Below, piece by piece: positions 9,792 through 19,489 of a DNA stretch of 64,000 bases. A model generated the notes under the pieces. The model ran no database searches. It saw only the letters and a program-made list of their open reading frames with translations, and was not told the DNA's origin. The first letter of the stretch is position 1; each line of letters begins with the position of its first letter. The DNA comes from an uncultured Candidatus Saccharibacteria bacterium (lineage in GTDB: Bacteria; Patescibacteriota; Minisyncoccia; Phycocordibacterales; JBBTRF01): NCBI GenBank assembly GCA_964602975.1, contig CAZRTH010000002.1, positions 7,668 through 71,667 of the forward strand, read 5' to 3'. The translations under genes were made by a program, and so were the position numbers.

Positions 9792-10751
9792 TTATTTTGT
9801 GGCCGTTTCTAGCCATTTCATTAGGATACCAAAGTCTTTTTCGCGAGCATCGGAGCCGAGGATGATAAATACGACATTCCGGGAGCTGTCTTGGATAGGG
9901 AGGCGGAATAGGGAGATGAGCGTCTCGCCGGCGGCGGAGGTGTAGCCGGTCTTGCCCCCGAGAAAGCGCGGATCGTTCACGAATAAATTGATATTTTGCA
10001 GGTCGCGATAGACCGGACCGTCGGTGGCGGCATAGACAGTGGCAGGCTGGCCGGCCAATCGACCGCCATCGAGCATCACTGTTTTTTGGCGAGTCTTGGT
10101 GACGGTCAAAATATCCGGTTGCAGATCCTTGACGCTTTTCGCTAGCAAAAGCAGGTCGTACGCGGTGGAACGATTTTGGCCCGAAAGTCCGGAGGGGTCG
10201 GCGAAGGCGGTGTGGGTCATGTCGAGCAGGGCAGCTTGGCGATTCATCTGCGAGACGAAGTAGCCGACATTGCCGAGGCCGTCATAGATGCCGGCGATCT
10301 GGTCGGCGGCAACATTGCTCGACTCCATCAGCAGGGGATAGAAGAGTTCTTGTACGGAGGAAGGCGCACCGGCTCGGAGGGCAGTGAGTGCGGTCACCAA
10401 TTTGGTGAGCGAAGCGATTGGCAGCTGGAGGGCGGGCTGACGGCTGACAAGCACTTGGCCGGTATCGACATCAGCGACGAGGAAAGCGGTGGCAGTGATT
10501 TTTTGTGGTCGACCAACTTTCTTGCTGATCAGAATATCAGGTTTGTCGAGCCACTGGAGTTTTGGTTTGGAGGCGGAGTCGATGACAGTGTTTGTGGCAA
10601 CAGTGCGATTGGCGGTGTCCGATGGAGGCGTGAGACGATCGAGGCCGGCTTGTACGACGAGAGAGGCAACAACGATGATACCCGTCCATTTGGCGGTGAA
10701 GAGAATGCCTTCAGTGTCGAGGCGACGAGGACGTGAATAGAGAGGATCCAC
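9792..10751 (-). CDS. D-alanyl-D-alanine carboxypeptidase (PBP5/6, peptidase S11 family)
   Basis: N-terminal TM/signal, 'AFLVADVDTGQVL' and SxxK active site 'IASLTKLVTALTA', later 'SAN' and 'KTG(YT)' like motifs. Confidence 0.75.
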   Translation of the reverse strand: MDPLYSRPRRLDTEGILFTAKWTGIIVVASLVVQAGLDRLTPPSDTANRTVATNTVIDSASKPKLQWLDKPDILISKKVGRPQKITATAFLVADVDTGQVLVSRQPALQLPIASLTKLVTALTALRAGAPSSVQELFYPLLMESSNVAADQIAGIYDGLGNVGYFVSQMNRQAALLDMTHTAFADPSGLSGQNRSTAYDLLLLAKSVKDLQPDILTVTKTRQKTVMLDGGRLAGQPATVYAATDGPVYRDLQNINLFVNDPRFLGGKTGYTSAAGETLISLFRLPIQDSSRNVVFIILGSDAREKDFGILMKWLETATK

Positions 10752-10857
10752 GGGATAATGATAGCATGGGGTAAAGGCATGTCTTGCTACCGAGGAAAGT
10801 CATTCTGGGATACAATAAGAGGTATTACGCCACGTATTTAGTTTATTTTTCTCCGCT

Positions 10858-12003
10858 ATGAAACACGAGAGTGAAGCGACAGCATCTGGAGGTCAAGGAG
10901 AGGCGATAGTTAAAGACGCAGATCTCCCTGAATCGGAATTCGAGCTGGGTTTTGAAGAGATCGCTCGGTCAAAGACAAAAGTGACTGAGGGGAGAAACAA
11001 GGTGCCTGCTGGGGAAGTTTTCCTTGTTAGGCCATGGGAGGACTACACCCTCGTTGCTTTGAAAGATAAGCCCTCTCTGGCCATATATGACGAGCACGGA
11101 GCCATGATCGAGAATTTCAAGGAAAACGGGCTTCTGCATAAAGGTGATACCAACTGGGCTAGCCTTATAAGAAGTTGTGGAGGAGGATCATATCTTCTGG
11201 ATAGTCTTGGAGCGCAGGGTTCACGAGACACATTAGCTTTTGATCAACTGGAGACTTTCCTGAAATGGCCTCTGCGTGAATACAACATTCGATTCAGTAC
11301 AAGTCTTTCGGACATACAGAGGGCCCTCGGTAGTGACCAATCTGTTGAAAAAGGATGGAAGTATCAGTCATTTGATAACGGGAAATATCTCCTCTGTATT
11401 GATCCGGAAACTAAAATCTTCTTCGGATACATAACAGAAAATGACAGAGGCATTCGGCTTGCTCCGAAAGACTGGAAGAAAATAGACTTCACCGCCAAGA
11501 GTAATACGTTACCTAAGGATTTTGTAGCGCATATCGAAAAAACGCTACAGCAAACCGATGACTTCAAAGAACTTAACGCGAAGTATGGCGCGATCATTAC
11601 CGATATTGGCATCAATATCATCGATAGTGCAAATCCTTCTGGCGCCCCCGTCTTTAAAGACCTCGTCCCATCTGTTGCTTCAAATATCACAGTCGACCCG
11701 AGCAACCCTGATACGGTGTATTACTGCCAGAGCGGCAATCCAAGGGAGATCACTCGGCTCGATATGACTGGCGATCCGACCAAGTGGCAGACGCGGTCGG
11801 CGGCTATTCCGAAGCAATACGGTGCGATCAAAAACCTCCAACTTGACCCAACCGGCTCATATTTCCTTCTCTATACTCAAACCGCGCTGGTGATGCTTGC
11901 AAAAGAGACACTCGAGGAAATCAAAGAAGTTCCCGGTCTCAAAGAGGCCAATTTTGACTCCCAAGGCCGCGTCCGAGCCGTGGCAAGGACGGTTATTTGG
12001 TGA
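10858..12003 (+). CDS. hypothetical protein, first gene of MoxR-vWA-TGase/Ubl block
   Basis: 381-aa ORF, stop overlaps the TTG/GTG start of next gene; no recognisable domain. Confidence 0.45.
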   Translation: MKHESEATASGGQGEAIVKDADLPESEFELGFEEIARSKTKVTEGRNKVPAGEVFLVRPWEDYTLVALKDKPSLAIYDEHGAMIENFKENGLLHKGDTNWASLIRSCGGGSYLLDSLGAQGSRDTLAFDQLETFLKWPLREYNIRFSTSLSDIQRALGSDQSVEKGWKYQSFDNGKYLLCIDPETKIFFGYITENDRGIRLAPKDWKKIDFTAKSNTLPKDFVAHIEKTLQQTDDFKELNAKYGAIITDIGINIIDSANPSGAPVFKDLVPSVASNITVDPSNPDTVYYCQSGNPREITRLDMTGDPTKWQTRSAAIPKQYGAIKNLQLDPTGSYFLLYTQTALVMLAKETLEEIKEVPGLKEANFDSQGRVRAVARTVIW

Positions 12004-14732
12004 CATATGCCGTAGACACAAGCGGCTTGGCTCAAGTGATGGAGAGAAAGAGGATTGCACGCCTAACACAAGGAGTAAATGCAACGGACCTTTTCAGGAT
12101 CGATGATCTGAAAAAGAAGGGAGGAAAAACTGCGGTTGAAAAAGAGAAGGATCTCATTCCGGTAAAAGAAAAAATGGAGCGCGATGTTGCGCCTGCTTTG
12201 GAATCTCTGGATACGCTCGAGCACGCGGCGAATTTCAGAAAGCAGCTGGAAGAATTGCGCCGACAGCTCCGTCAGCAGGGTCTCGCCAACGATGAAGTCG
12301 TTTTTGTAACAGAAGGGATCGAGGCTTCAGTCAAAGAGAAAGAGAAGCAATTTGTCTCAAAAGAAACGGTGCCGATGCTTGAGTCAATTGAAAAAGGCTT
12401 GGCAGCTGGGTTGTCTCTATCGACCGCTGTCATCCTTCGAGCGGATCTGGATCGGCTGAAGGCCACCGAGCTGTTAATGGACGACACTGTCCGAGGTAGG
12501 TACCATGCGTTGGTCAATACATTCAACTTGGCATATCAGGAATTATTCCAGCGAGAGGGAAGCAAGATCATCGAAGAGGTTCAGGGCTTGCTGAAAGGGA
12601 TACGAACACAGCTGGATGCGATCACCAACAAAAATGGTTTTGATGATTGGATGGAGTTTCGACTACCACAATATAAGAGCCGGCTTGGAGAGATGCTTCG
12701 CGACTGTCCGATCACAGCGGACGATGCATACAGGGCGATATCCGGAGCTCGTACTGAGTTGCAGACCATTGCGGCTGAATATCAGAAAAAGTTTGAGGAA
12801 GAATACGCGAAGGTTCGGGAGAAAGCTGCGGGACGAGTAGATGCGGTCGTTGTCGATCTGGAGGGGGATATTGCTGCTATTGTCAAAAGGCTTCAAGACA
12901 AAAATTTCAAGGATCGAGCTGCCGCCGAACAGTATCTTTCAAGTAGCGAAGCGAGGAGGGTTTTGGAGAGTGAGATTCAAGCTCTCGCTTCAGATCAGCC
13001 CGATATTGCCGAGGAGCTCAAGCGAGCACTCAGAGTCCAGATCTCAAATAGCCTGTCGGCCATTGAACGTGGCGCGCAACTCAATATCGCAGAGACCGGT
13101 CAGCAGATGGTACTTTTTGGCAAGACCACTTTCCCTAAGTGGGAGGCAAAGGTGAAGGAGAAGAGGAAGAGGGCTGTGAGCCTCACCTTCGAGACCGATG
13201 AGAGAAGCCATGGTCCCGGAGTGAAGCCTGATCAGATCCAAGGTGACGTCGTGTTTGCGGTGACAGACCAGAAAGGAGAAAAGAACAAGGTCGGTCCATA
13301 TGAAGGGTGGACAGATGAGCATGAGTGGCGCCTCGGTCTTCATGCTCTACGAGGTCAGAGCACCCCGCCTTCATATATGACCGCGGAGGAGTTTCGAAAT
13401 GTGAAAAAACAATACAGCGCTTGGGAAAGCGGAACGCTCAAGAAGGAGTATGAGACTCGACGCCAAGAGCTTGCTACTATCTACGCCACTCGCGAGAAGG
13501 TGGGAAAGCGTAGTGCTGATAAAGAAACCCTTTGGAAGACAATGTATCAAGCAAAGCTGAGGGACCATGCTGAGTTTCTTGCCAAGAATCACATCAGTCT
13601 GTTTCGGCGCGCGGATGCCGTAAGAGAGAGTGACGAGGTGGATACGAACGGCAAGGGATTCGTGCCAAGCTGGCAAAGCCACTGGGTTGTCGATCCTGAT
13701 ACGGAATATAACCTCGAACGAATGGCAGAAACATTCAAGATGCAGCTCGACCTGAGGGAAGGTGTACTCAATCTCGATGGTCATGCCGGTACAGGAAAGG
13801 ACGTTCTCATGAAAATGTTCAGTAATCGAACAAATCGACCATACTTCAGCACCGATTGTACGAAGTGGACCACCGAGTACGAACTTTCTGAAGACGTTGT
13901 GCTTGAGGCAAAGGACGGAGCAACCCAGACGATCAAGGTACCGAGCGCTGTTTTGAACGGCATCCAGACCCCAGGAGCGCTGGTGTATTTCAATGAGGTG
14001 AACGGCATGCCTGAGCAAGCGCAGATCTTCCTGCATGCCCTATGGGACGAAAAGCGATCTTTGACCCTCAAGACCAGCTCTGGAAAGGTGGTGAAGGCTC
14101 ATCCGACCGTACTTTTTGCAAGCTCAAAGAACCCTGGGTATCCTGGTACCTTCGACCCACAGTTTGCGACCAAGAGTCGTATGGTATCGATGGAGATCGG
14201 CTATCCTTCACTGCACACTATCGCCAAGCCGGAGGACAAGAATCCAAACAAGCCATTTAATTCATCCGAGGCTCTGCGTATCGCCCGCGAAGTCAGTTCG
14301 TTGTCAGACATGACCTTTGAACCGAACATGGACAGGAACGAATTTGTACAAATGTGGGATAGCCACGTGAATGGCATCAAAAATGGTGCTCCAAAGCCAA
14401 GCGCTGTCCAGGAGTTCGATATCAAGACCATTCTCGCGTTAGTACAGTTTGGCACCAAGCTTCGCGAAAACTTCAAATTGAACTTTGAGAAGAGCCGAGA
14501 TGCTCGCAACGCTCTCCCTGTCCATCAGCCACTGACCTCTCGCGAGTTGCGCAGGGCTGCATATGGACTCTCCAAGACTCCTGTTGATGAAAAGATCAAG
14601 GGCAATCCCGATACCACAGCTCGTGAGCTTCTGGAGCGTTTCTTCCTGAGCCACATCGATAAGACCGAGGATCGCGAGAAGATCAAAACGGCGATGGCGA
14701 CCTGGCGTTCTCAAAAGAGGGTAGCCGCTTAA
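11997..14732 (+). CDS. MoxR/AAA_5-family AAA+ ATPase with long N-terminal coiled-coil region
   Basis: C-terminal half: 'LNLDGHAGTGKDVLMK' (Walker A-like, Lys present but Asp in place of Thr/Ser), 'ALVYFNEVNGMPEQAQIFLHALWDEKRSLTL' (matches MoxR 'DEINRA.P..Q.ALL.A..E'), 'TVLFASSKNP' (ATQNP-like), 'FDPQFATKSRM', 'IGYPS'; N-terminal ~550 aa charged/coiled; start is TTG at 11997 or GTG at 12000 overlapping upstream stop. Confidence 0.6.
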   Translation: MVTYAVDTSGLAQVMERKRIARLTQGVNATDLFRIDDLKKKGGKTAVEKEKDLIPVKEKMERDVAPALESLDTLEHAANFRKQLEELRRQLRQQGLANDEVVFVTEGIEASVKEKEKQFVSKETVPMLESIEKGLAAGLSLSTAVILRADLDRLKATELLMDDTVRGRYHALVNTFNLAYQELFQREGSKIIEEVQGLLKGIRTQLDAITNKNGFDDWMEFRLPQYKSRLGEMLRDCPITADDAYRAISGARTELQTIAAEYQKKFEEEYAKVREKAAGRVDAVVVDLEGDIAAIVKRLQDKNFKDRAAAEQYLSSSEARRVLESEIQALASDQPDIAEELKRALRVQISNSLSAIERGAQLNIAETGQQMVLFGKTTFPKWEAKVKEKRKRAVSLTFETDERSHGPGVKPDQIQGDVVFAVTDQKGEKNKVGPYEGWTDEHEWRLGLHALRGQSTPPSYMTAEEFRNVKKQYSAWESGTLKKEYETRRQELATIYATREKVGKRSADKETLWKTMYQAKLRDHAEFLAKNHISLFRRADAVRESDEVDTNGKGFVPSWQSHWVVDPDTEYNLERMAETFKMQLDLREGVLNLDGHAGTGKDVLMKMFSNRTNRPYFSTDCTKWTTEYELSEDVVLEAKDGATQTIKVPSAVLNGIQTPGALVYFNEVNGMPEQAQIFLHALWDEKRSLTLKTSSGKVVKAHPTVLFASSKNPGYPGTFDPQFATKSRMVSMEIGYPSLHTIAKPEDKNPNKPFNSSEALRIAREVSSLSDMTFEPNMDRNEFVQMWDSHVNGIKNGAPKPSAVQEFDIKTILALVQFGTKLRENFKLNFEKSRDARNALPVHQPLTSRELRRAAYGLSKTPVDEKIKGNPDTTARELLERFFLSHIDKTEDREKIKTAMATWRSQKRVAA

Positions 14733-14741
14733 CACCTGTCT

Positions 14742-17700
14742 ATGAAATCACCGGAGGATCATTCTGAAAGCGTCCCGAGATCGAACAAGAAACATGTTCG
14801 AGAAATGGTCTTTCTCGCCGAACAGGCAAAGGAAGGCGCATTGAAAGTGCTACCAGGAAAGGCTTGGGCACAGCATTTTCCTGTTCCTGCCGAAGAACGC
14901 AGAGAGATCCTTCAGGGAGTTCTCGATGGAAAAGTGAAGCCGCAAGACGCAGAATCAAAGGTCACTCCAGACGCCTTGGTCTATGACGCCGCTGATCTCG
15001 ACAGGGAGGGTTTGGATGGAGTGAGCTCACGAATCTTTGATGAATCGGCGACGGTACAGTACTACGACTACCCGAGATTTACCAAGTTTGTCTCGGAGAT
15101 GAAGGGTACGAAGATCTCTGTCGGGGATTGCGAAAAGCTCTACGGAGCGATCACAAAAGCGAGGACTCAGAAAAAGCTCAGAGATGCTTTTGGAACTACA
15201 GGGCAAGGGCAGCTTGATGGTGTGTTGGTACGTGACGCGAAGGCGATCGTCAGGACCATCGATACCCTTCCTCCGACAGAAAAAGTCTTGCAAGCTCTCA
15301 AGTTGGATTGGCTCTGTAGAGATAGGGGAGCGATCGGGACGCTTGAGCGAGATGAGGTAGTGTCGAAACTTTCCGGTAGCGAAAGAGAGTTATTCAAGAA
15401 GCTCTCCACCGGGTACCGTCAGTACGTCGATCAGGGAGATGAGGCAGGGTACAAGGAATTGTTGGAAGGTATACGTGACAATCACTCTCTTGTTGAAGAG
15501 AAGAAAGAGGCATCTGATGCTCCGAGTGACAGCATGCAGAAGCTTGAGGAAGAGATCGAAGAGTACAAGAAGGATACCGGAAATCCCGGCACTCCAAACG
15601 ACCCAGCTATCCCTCCCGAAGACGCGGACGAGTATCATACGCCGGAAGGAGGGTCACCGGAACAGCCAGAACAAAGCGGTCCTTCCCAAGAGCAACAGGA
15701 ACAAAGACCGATTTTTGAGATCGAGCCACCTCTCGGCGGCTATTATGCTGGTGGGCGAAAAAGCTACTATGATCGCACGAGAAAGACTTGGAGCAAGAAG
15801 AAGCAGTTGAGCGAGTACGCCGGAGTACTTTCAGCATCAGGACGTCACACGCTTTCTGGCAAGACCGACAGAGGAGTGAAATCACTCGCTATTCCGAATA
15901 GTTATGCGTTGGACGCGGTATCTGTGAAATACACCGGCTCCAAACCGAGACTGCACCGTGACCAGAATGGCTGTTTCTATATCGAGACAGATGGACCGTC
16001 GACTTTCTCGGTTGAATTTGCCAAGGAAGACAAGCTGTTCACCGGACCAGTGGTGGCAGAGGATACAGAAAAACTGTACGCAGGAGCCCTTTCCACTGAA
16101 AGTGAAACTTTGTTGCAGGCATTGCAAGGTAATGCAATGAATAAGGCAGAACAGGTGCGTCAGCATATTCTAGCGAATCACTTTTATCCCGGCGGCGGAG
16201 ACTTGGGTGCGGCTCAGGCTGTCCAAGCGAAGCTCCGCCATGAATCAACTCCGGATGCTTATATTCAAAATATCGATAAGGCAGAATATCTGGAATGTTA
16301 CTCCTCGAACACTCTTTTTGTGGCGATGATCCGACAGGCTGGCATACCGGCTCGTCTCGTGATTGGTCACAAGGTAGAGGGTGCTCGCGATGGAAAATCA
16401 GCCATAACAGAGTCTACCGGACATGCATGGTCTGAAGTCTGGGACGGTGGCAAGTGGGTGAGATTTGACGCAACGCCCGCTCCGAAGCCAGAGGACAAGA
16501 AAAAAGACAATAAAGAAAAGGAGGATGATGCGGAAAAGGAAAGCGCTCCTGAGGCGAAAGACAATGGAAAGGAGGCTCCGCAGAAGGAGCAGGAAAAAGG
16601 AGGGACTCCGTCTGATGAGGAAAATGGCGAGTCGAAAGAGCAGGGGGAAGCTAGTGATTCTGATGTCCAGGAAGGCGAAAATAGTGTCCAACAATCAAAA
16701 GAAAAGCTCGAAAAGGACGCCGCTGAAAAAGAAAAGCTCGAAAAGAAACTCGAAAGCGAGAATTCATTCGAAGATCTAGAAAAAATAAAAGAGGAAATAC
16801 AACAGGCCGACCTTTTGGATGATATGCAGAAGGAGCTTGATGAAAAAGTCGAAGCAAAAGAAGAGCAAATGAAGGAATCCATCAAGGATGAACTTGATAA
16901 GATGGTGAAGGACGGTTTCTTGGATGAGGAAAAGAGAAACGAGCTGGAACAGAAGCTTCTTGAGGAAGATGCTGCTGAATTGGATCGTTTGAGAGAGCAG
17001 CTTGAACAGGAAAACTCACTCTACAACGAATATGAGAATATCCGTGATGAAGTGATGCCGCTGGTGGATAAGTGGTTTGAATTTTTTGTAGAGCGCTTGC
17101 CTCGAGAGCAGAATGTCGATGTGGATGAGGATTCTTTGACCCGCCAGGGCGTGTTCAATCGAAGGTCGGTGAACAAGGCGCGAAATTTGTTGTTTGGATC
17201 GATCAAGAATCCCCGTATCATCAAGTCATCTGTAAAGCCATTGTTCATGAGCTCGATCCTTGTCGATGTGAGCGGTTCGATGGCGGGAGAGAAGCTGCAG
17301 AATGCCCGGAAGCTCCTAGTCTTCTATTCTGAATTGTTCACAAAGATCAGCGAAGAATTCGGCTACATCCGATTTTCCATAAATACATTCTCTGATAGAG
17401 TGAACGAGATCAAAGCTTTCGATCAGGATTATTCCGCGACCCAGAGTTACCTTTTCCCTGACAATTCACGCTCGACGGTGAAATTCCGTCTCATGAACAA
17501 TGTTACCGCGCTAGGCGGCACGAACATGCTTGATTCAGTGAAGAAGGCGGCAGCTGATCTTAATCGAGAGACGCACGATTTTCCTGATTATGCATCGGCA
17601 TTCTATTTTGTTGGCGATGGAGAGGATACCTGTGGCAATTCTGGCAATGTGAGTAGCTTTTTGCAGACAAATGATGCCGAGAGGGGATTTGGCGATCACA

Positions 17701-17867
17701 TGAGATCAGCGATCATGCTGGGAACCGAGAGCCAGAAGGCGATTTTGGCGAATATTTTTGGTGAGGAGCATACTACCGTAGCTCCAGATCTCGATTCTCT
17801 GATCGAGGAGAGTATGCTTCGTTTCAACGATGATATTGAAGCGTATATGAACATGAAGACGGGGTAG
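14742..17867 (+). CDS. transglutaminase-like cysteine protease domain + acidic low-complexity/coiled-coil linker + C-terminal von Willebrand factor A (vWA) domain
   Basis: TGase core 'AEYLECYSSNTLFVAMIRQAGIPARLVIGH' (Cys ~16296-16298), 'GHAWSEVW...GKWVRFDATP' (His, Asp); vWA MIDAS 'ILVDVSGSMAG' (~17265), 'ALGGTNM', 'FYFVGDGEDT'; ~170 aa of Lys/Glu/Asp-rich low complexity between. Confidence 0.7.
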   Translation: MKSPEDHSESVPRSNKKHVREMVFLAEQAKEGALKVLPGKAWAQHFPVPAEERREILQGVLDGKVKPQDAESKVTPDALVYDAADLDREGLDGVSSRIFDESATVQYYDYPRFTKFVSEMKGTKISVGDCEKLYGAITKARTQKKLRDAFGTTGQGQLDGVLVRDAKAIVRTIDTLPPTEKVLQALKLDWLCRDRGAIGTLERDEVVSKLSGSERELFKKLSTGYRQYVDQGDEAGYKELLEGIRDNHSLVEEKKEASDAPSDSMQKLEEEIEEYKKDTGNPGTPNDPAIPPEDADEYHTPEGGSPEQPEQSGPSQEQQEQRPIFEIEPPLGGYYAGGRKSYYDRTRKTWSKKKQLSEYAGVLSASGRHTLSGKTDRGVKSLAIPNSYALDAVSVKYTGSKPRLHRDQNGCFYIETDGPSTFSVEFAKEDKLFTGPVVAEDTEKLYAGALSTESETLLQALQGNAMNKAEQVRQHILANHFYPGGGDLGAAQAVQAKLRHESTPDAYIQNIDKAEYLECYSSNTLFVAMIRQAGIPARLVIGHKVEGARDGKSAITESTGHAWSEVWDGGKWVRFDATPAPKPEDKKKDNKEKEDDAEKESAPEAKDNGKEAPQKEQEKGGTPSDEENGESKEQGEASDSDVQEGENSVQQSKEKLEKDAAEKEKLEKKLESENSFEDLEKIKEEIQQADLLDDMQKELDEKVEAKEEQMKESIKDELDKMVKDGFLDEEKRNELEQKLLEEDAAELDRLREQLEQENSLYNEYENIRDEVMPLVDKWFEFFVERLPREQNVDVDEDSLTRQGVFNRRSVNKARNLLFGSIKNPRIIKSSVKPLFMSSILVDVSGSMAGEKLQNARKLLVFYSELFTKISEEFGYIRFSINTFSDRVNEIKAFDQDYSATQSYLFPDNSRSTVKFRLMNNVTALGGTNMLDSVKKAAADLNRETHDFPDYASAFYFVGDGEDTCGNSGNVSSFLQTNDAERGFGDHMRSAIMLGTESQKAILANIFGEEHTTVAPDLDSLIEESMLRFNDDIEAYMNMKTG

Positions 17868-17995
17868 AAGTGTACTTTTCGCCGCGCCTCCAAAATCTTG
17901 ACTTATGGCCATATAATATGGTAATAAGTGTTGGTAGAACGGTGCATGTGCATCGGTCAATTTGAACCTTAACAATCAAACGGAGGAATTATCGT

Positions 17996-19489
17996 ATGTT
18001 CGCTATTCTCACGCGGATCCGGAGCTGGTTTGAGCGTTTGCTCGGCCAAGACCTCGAGCCGCTGAAAGAAGGTTTTCTTTCGTGCGACTCAGCTCAGAAA
18101 CAGGGGTTGGTGATGACGAAGTTCGAGCTCGAGGTAAGGCCTCGCCGTATCATGGGTGTTCTGCCTGTGTTCGGAGTTCGAAAAGTCGGTTCGGTCTCAT
18201 TTTTCGACGCGGTCAAAGCCCCCATTCGGTCTTCTCTCGCTTCGTTGAGTCATGAGTTGCGCCAAGTCCCTCGACGTGTCCATGATGCGGCCGAAAAAGG
18301 CCTCAAAATTGGAACCGAAAAAGCTGTTGATCAGGCAAAGGCAAAATTGAATGTCGAAACACAAAAGCTCCTTCAGAAATTTGACGAATCGCACCTTTCC
18401 GGGCTCATCAAGTCCGACAGGAATGTCTTTCGTCAAAAGCTTCTCGAGGCCCTCAGTGATCAGGCATCGCAAGTATTTGCCACTGCCACAAAGAAGCATC
18501 TGGCCGAACTCGTCCTGCGCATCCGACAAGAAACATCAGTTTCCGATTCATCGAGTGTCTCCGATGACAATGTCGCTTCATTGCCACTGCCGACCGGCAC
18601 ACGTTTCGTGTTCAGGAAAGGCAAGATGACCACGTTTGTCATCGAGCAACCGCCTCAAAAGCGCACGCTGAAAATCATGAATGAAGGTGGCGATAGATCG
18701 GAGATGGTTCAGTTGGCGCTGCCTTACGTCGTGTTCTTCATCGTCCTGCGCGGTCGCAGATCCGACAAGGCATACGTGCTCTTTCGGAAAGCTCCGCTGC
18801 GAAGCGTGAGAGACGAATTACTCTGCCCAGCTCTTCCCAACATCTTCGGAGACTTCAGCGTTTGTTTTGCTCCATCGGCAGCTAGGGACACCCTGGCAGA
18901 GATGGCGGAAGAATCGATCGCTAGCTTCTGGGGCGGCAGGTTTATCAAAACCGAAGTCGTCACCGAGGCTCACAGGAGGACCCCTATCGAAGATTGGGCT
19001 GAAGGGTCGAGAAAAGACTCCTTGTTTGGCATATCACATCCGTGGATGTCGGCCAAACAGAGTGTTGCAAGCATGATGGAGAAGATCAGCGCTGAATTCG
19101 TTGCTGATACCATTGCTGGCCAGAAAAAAGAAAAAGGCGGCAAGGAGATCGCTTCCGCGCTCGATGCGGCTGTCACCGCGCTTGCGACTAAGATCGAGAA
19201 CGAAATGAAAGAGACCTGCTTCAAGCTCGTTCCTTCATGGAACCTCGATCCGACGGTCCTTGCTCAAACAAGTGCAGGGTTCAAGCAGTCTGTCGCTGAG
19301 GTATGCACTGTAATTAAGGCGCAGCTTGGCGAAAAGATCGAAGGAACCTTGTCGAATGAGGCCTTGGAAGGAGCTCTTGAAGCAGCAATCCAACAAACGA
19401 TCGCCTCGATGAATGCGGACATGGACAAGCCGATGGCGGCCGCTCGCGAAGCGTTCTCCGCGATTCTTAAAGAAAAGGAGGCAAAATGA
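17996..19489 (+). CDS. candidate E2/UBC-like ubiquitin-conjugating-enzyme homolog (hypothetical)
   Basis: Motif 'LLCPALPNIFGDFSVCFAP' (Cys codon 18863-18865) resembles UBC active-site 'HPNI...G.IC(L)' spacing; preceded by predicted beta-strand stretch; gene stop overlaps JAB gene start (ATGA); RBS GGAGG upstream. Confidence 0.4.
   Translation: MFAILTRIRSWFERLLGQDLEPLKEGFLSCDSAQKQGLVMTKFELEVRPRRIMGVLPVFGVRKVGSVSFFDAVKAPIRSSLASLSHELRQVPRRVHDAAEKGLKIGTEKAVDQAKAKLNVETQKLLQKFDESHLSGLIKSDRNVFRQKLLEALSDQASQVFATATKKHLAELVLRIRQETSVSDSSSVSDDNVASLPLPTGTRFVFRKGKMTTFVIEQPPQKRTLKIMNEGGDRSEMVQLALPYVVFFIVLRGRRSDKAYVLFRKAPLRSVRDELLCPALPNIFGDFSVCFAPSAARDTLAEMAEESIASFWGGRFIKTEVVTEAHRRTPIEDWAEGSRKDSLFGISHPWMSAKQSVASMMEKISAEFVADTIAGQKKEKGGKEIASALDAAVTALATKIENEMKETCFKLVPSWNLDPTVLAQTSAGFKQSVAEVCTVIKAQLGEKIEGTLSNEALEGALEAAIQQTIASMNADMDKPMAAAREAFSAILKEKEAK

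Noticed and set aside
13371-14036. 221-aa minus-strand ORF inside MoxR-like gene
   Set aside because: Antisense to the conserved AAA+ core on the plus strand. No motifs.
16367-16885. 172-aa Ser/Phe-rich minus-strand ORF
   Set aside because: Antisense image of the Lys/Glu-rich low-complexity linker of the TGase-vWA gene. Mirror low complexity, not a gene.
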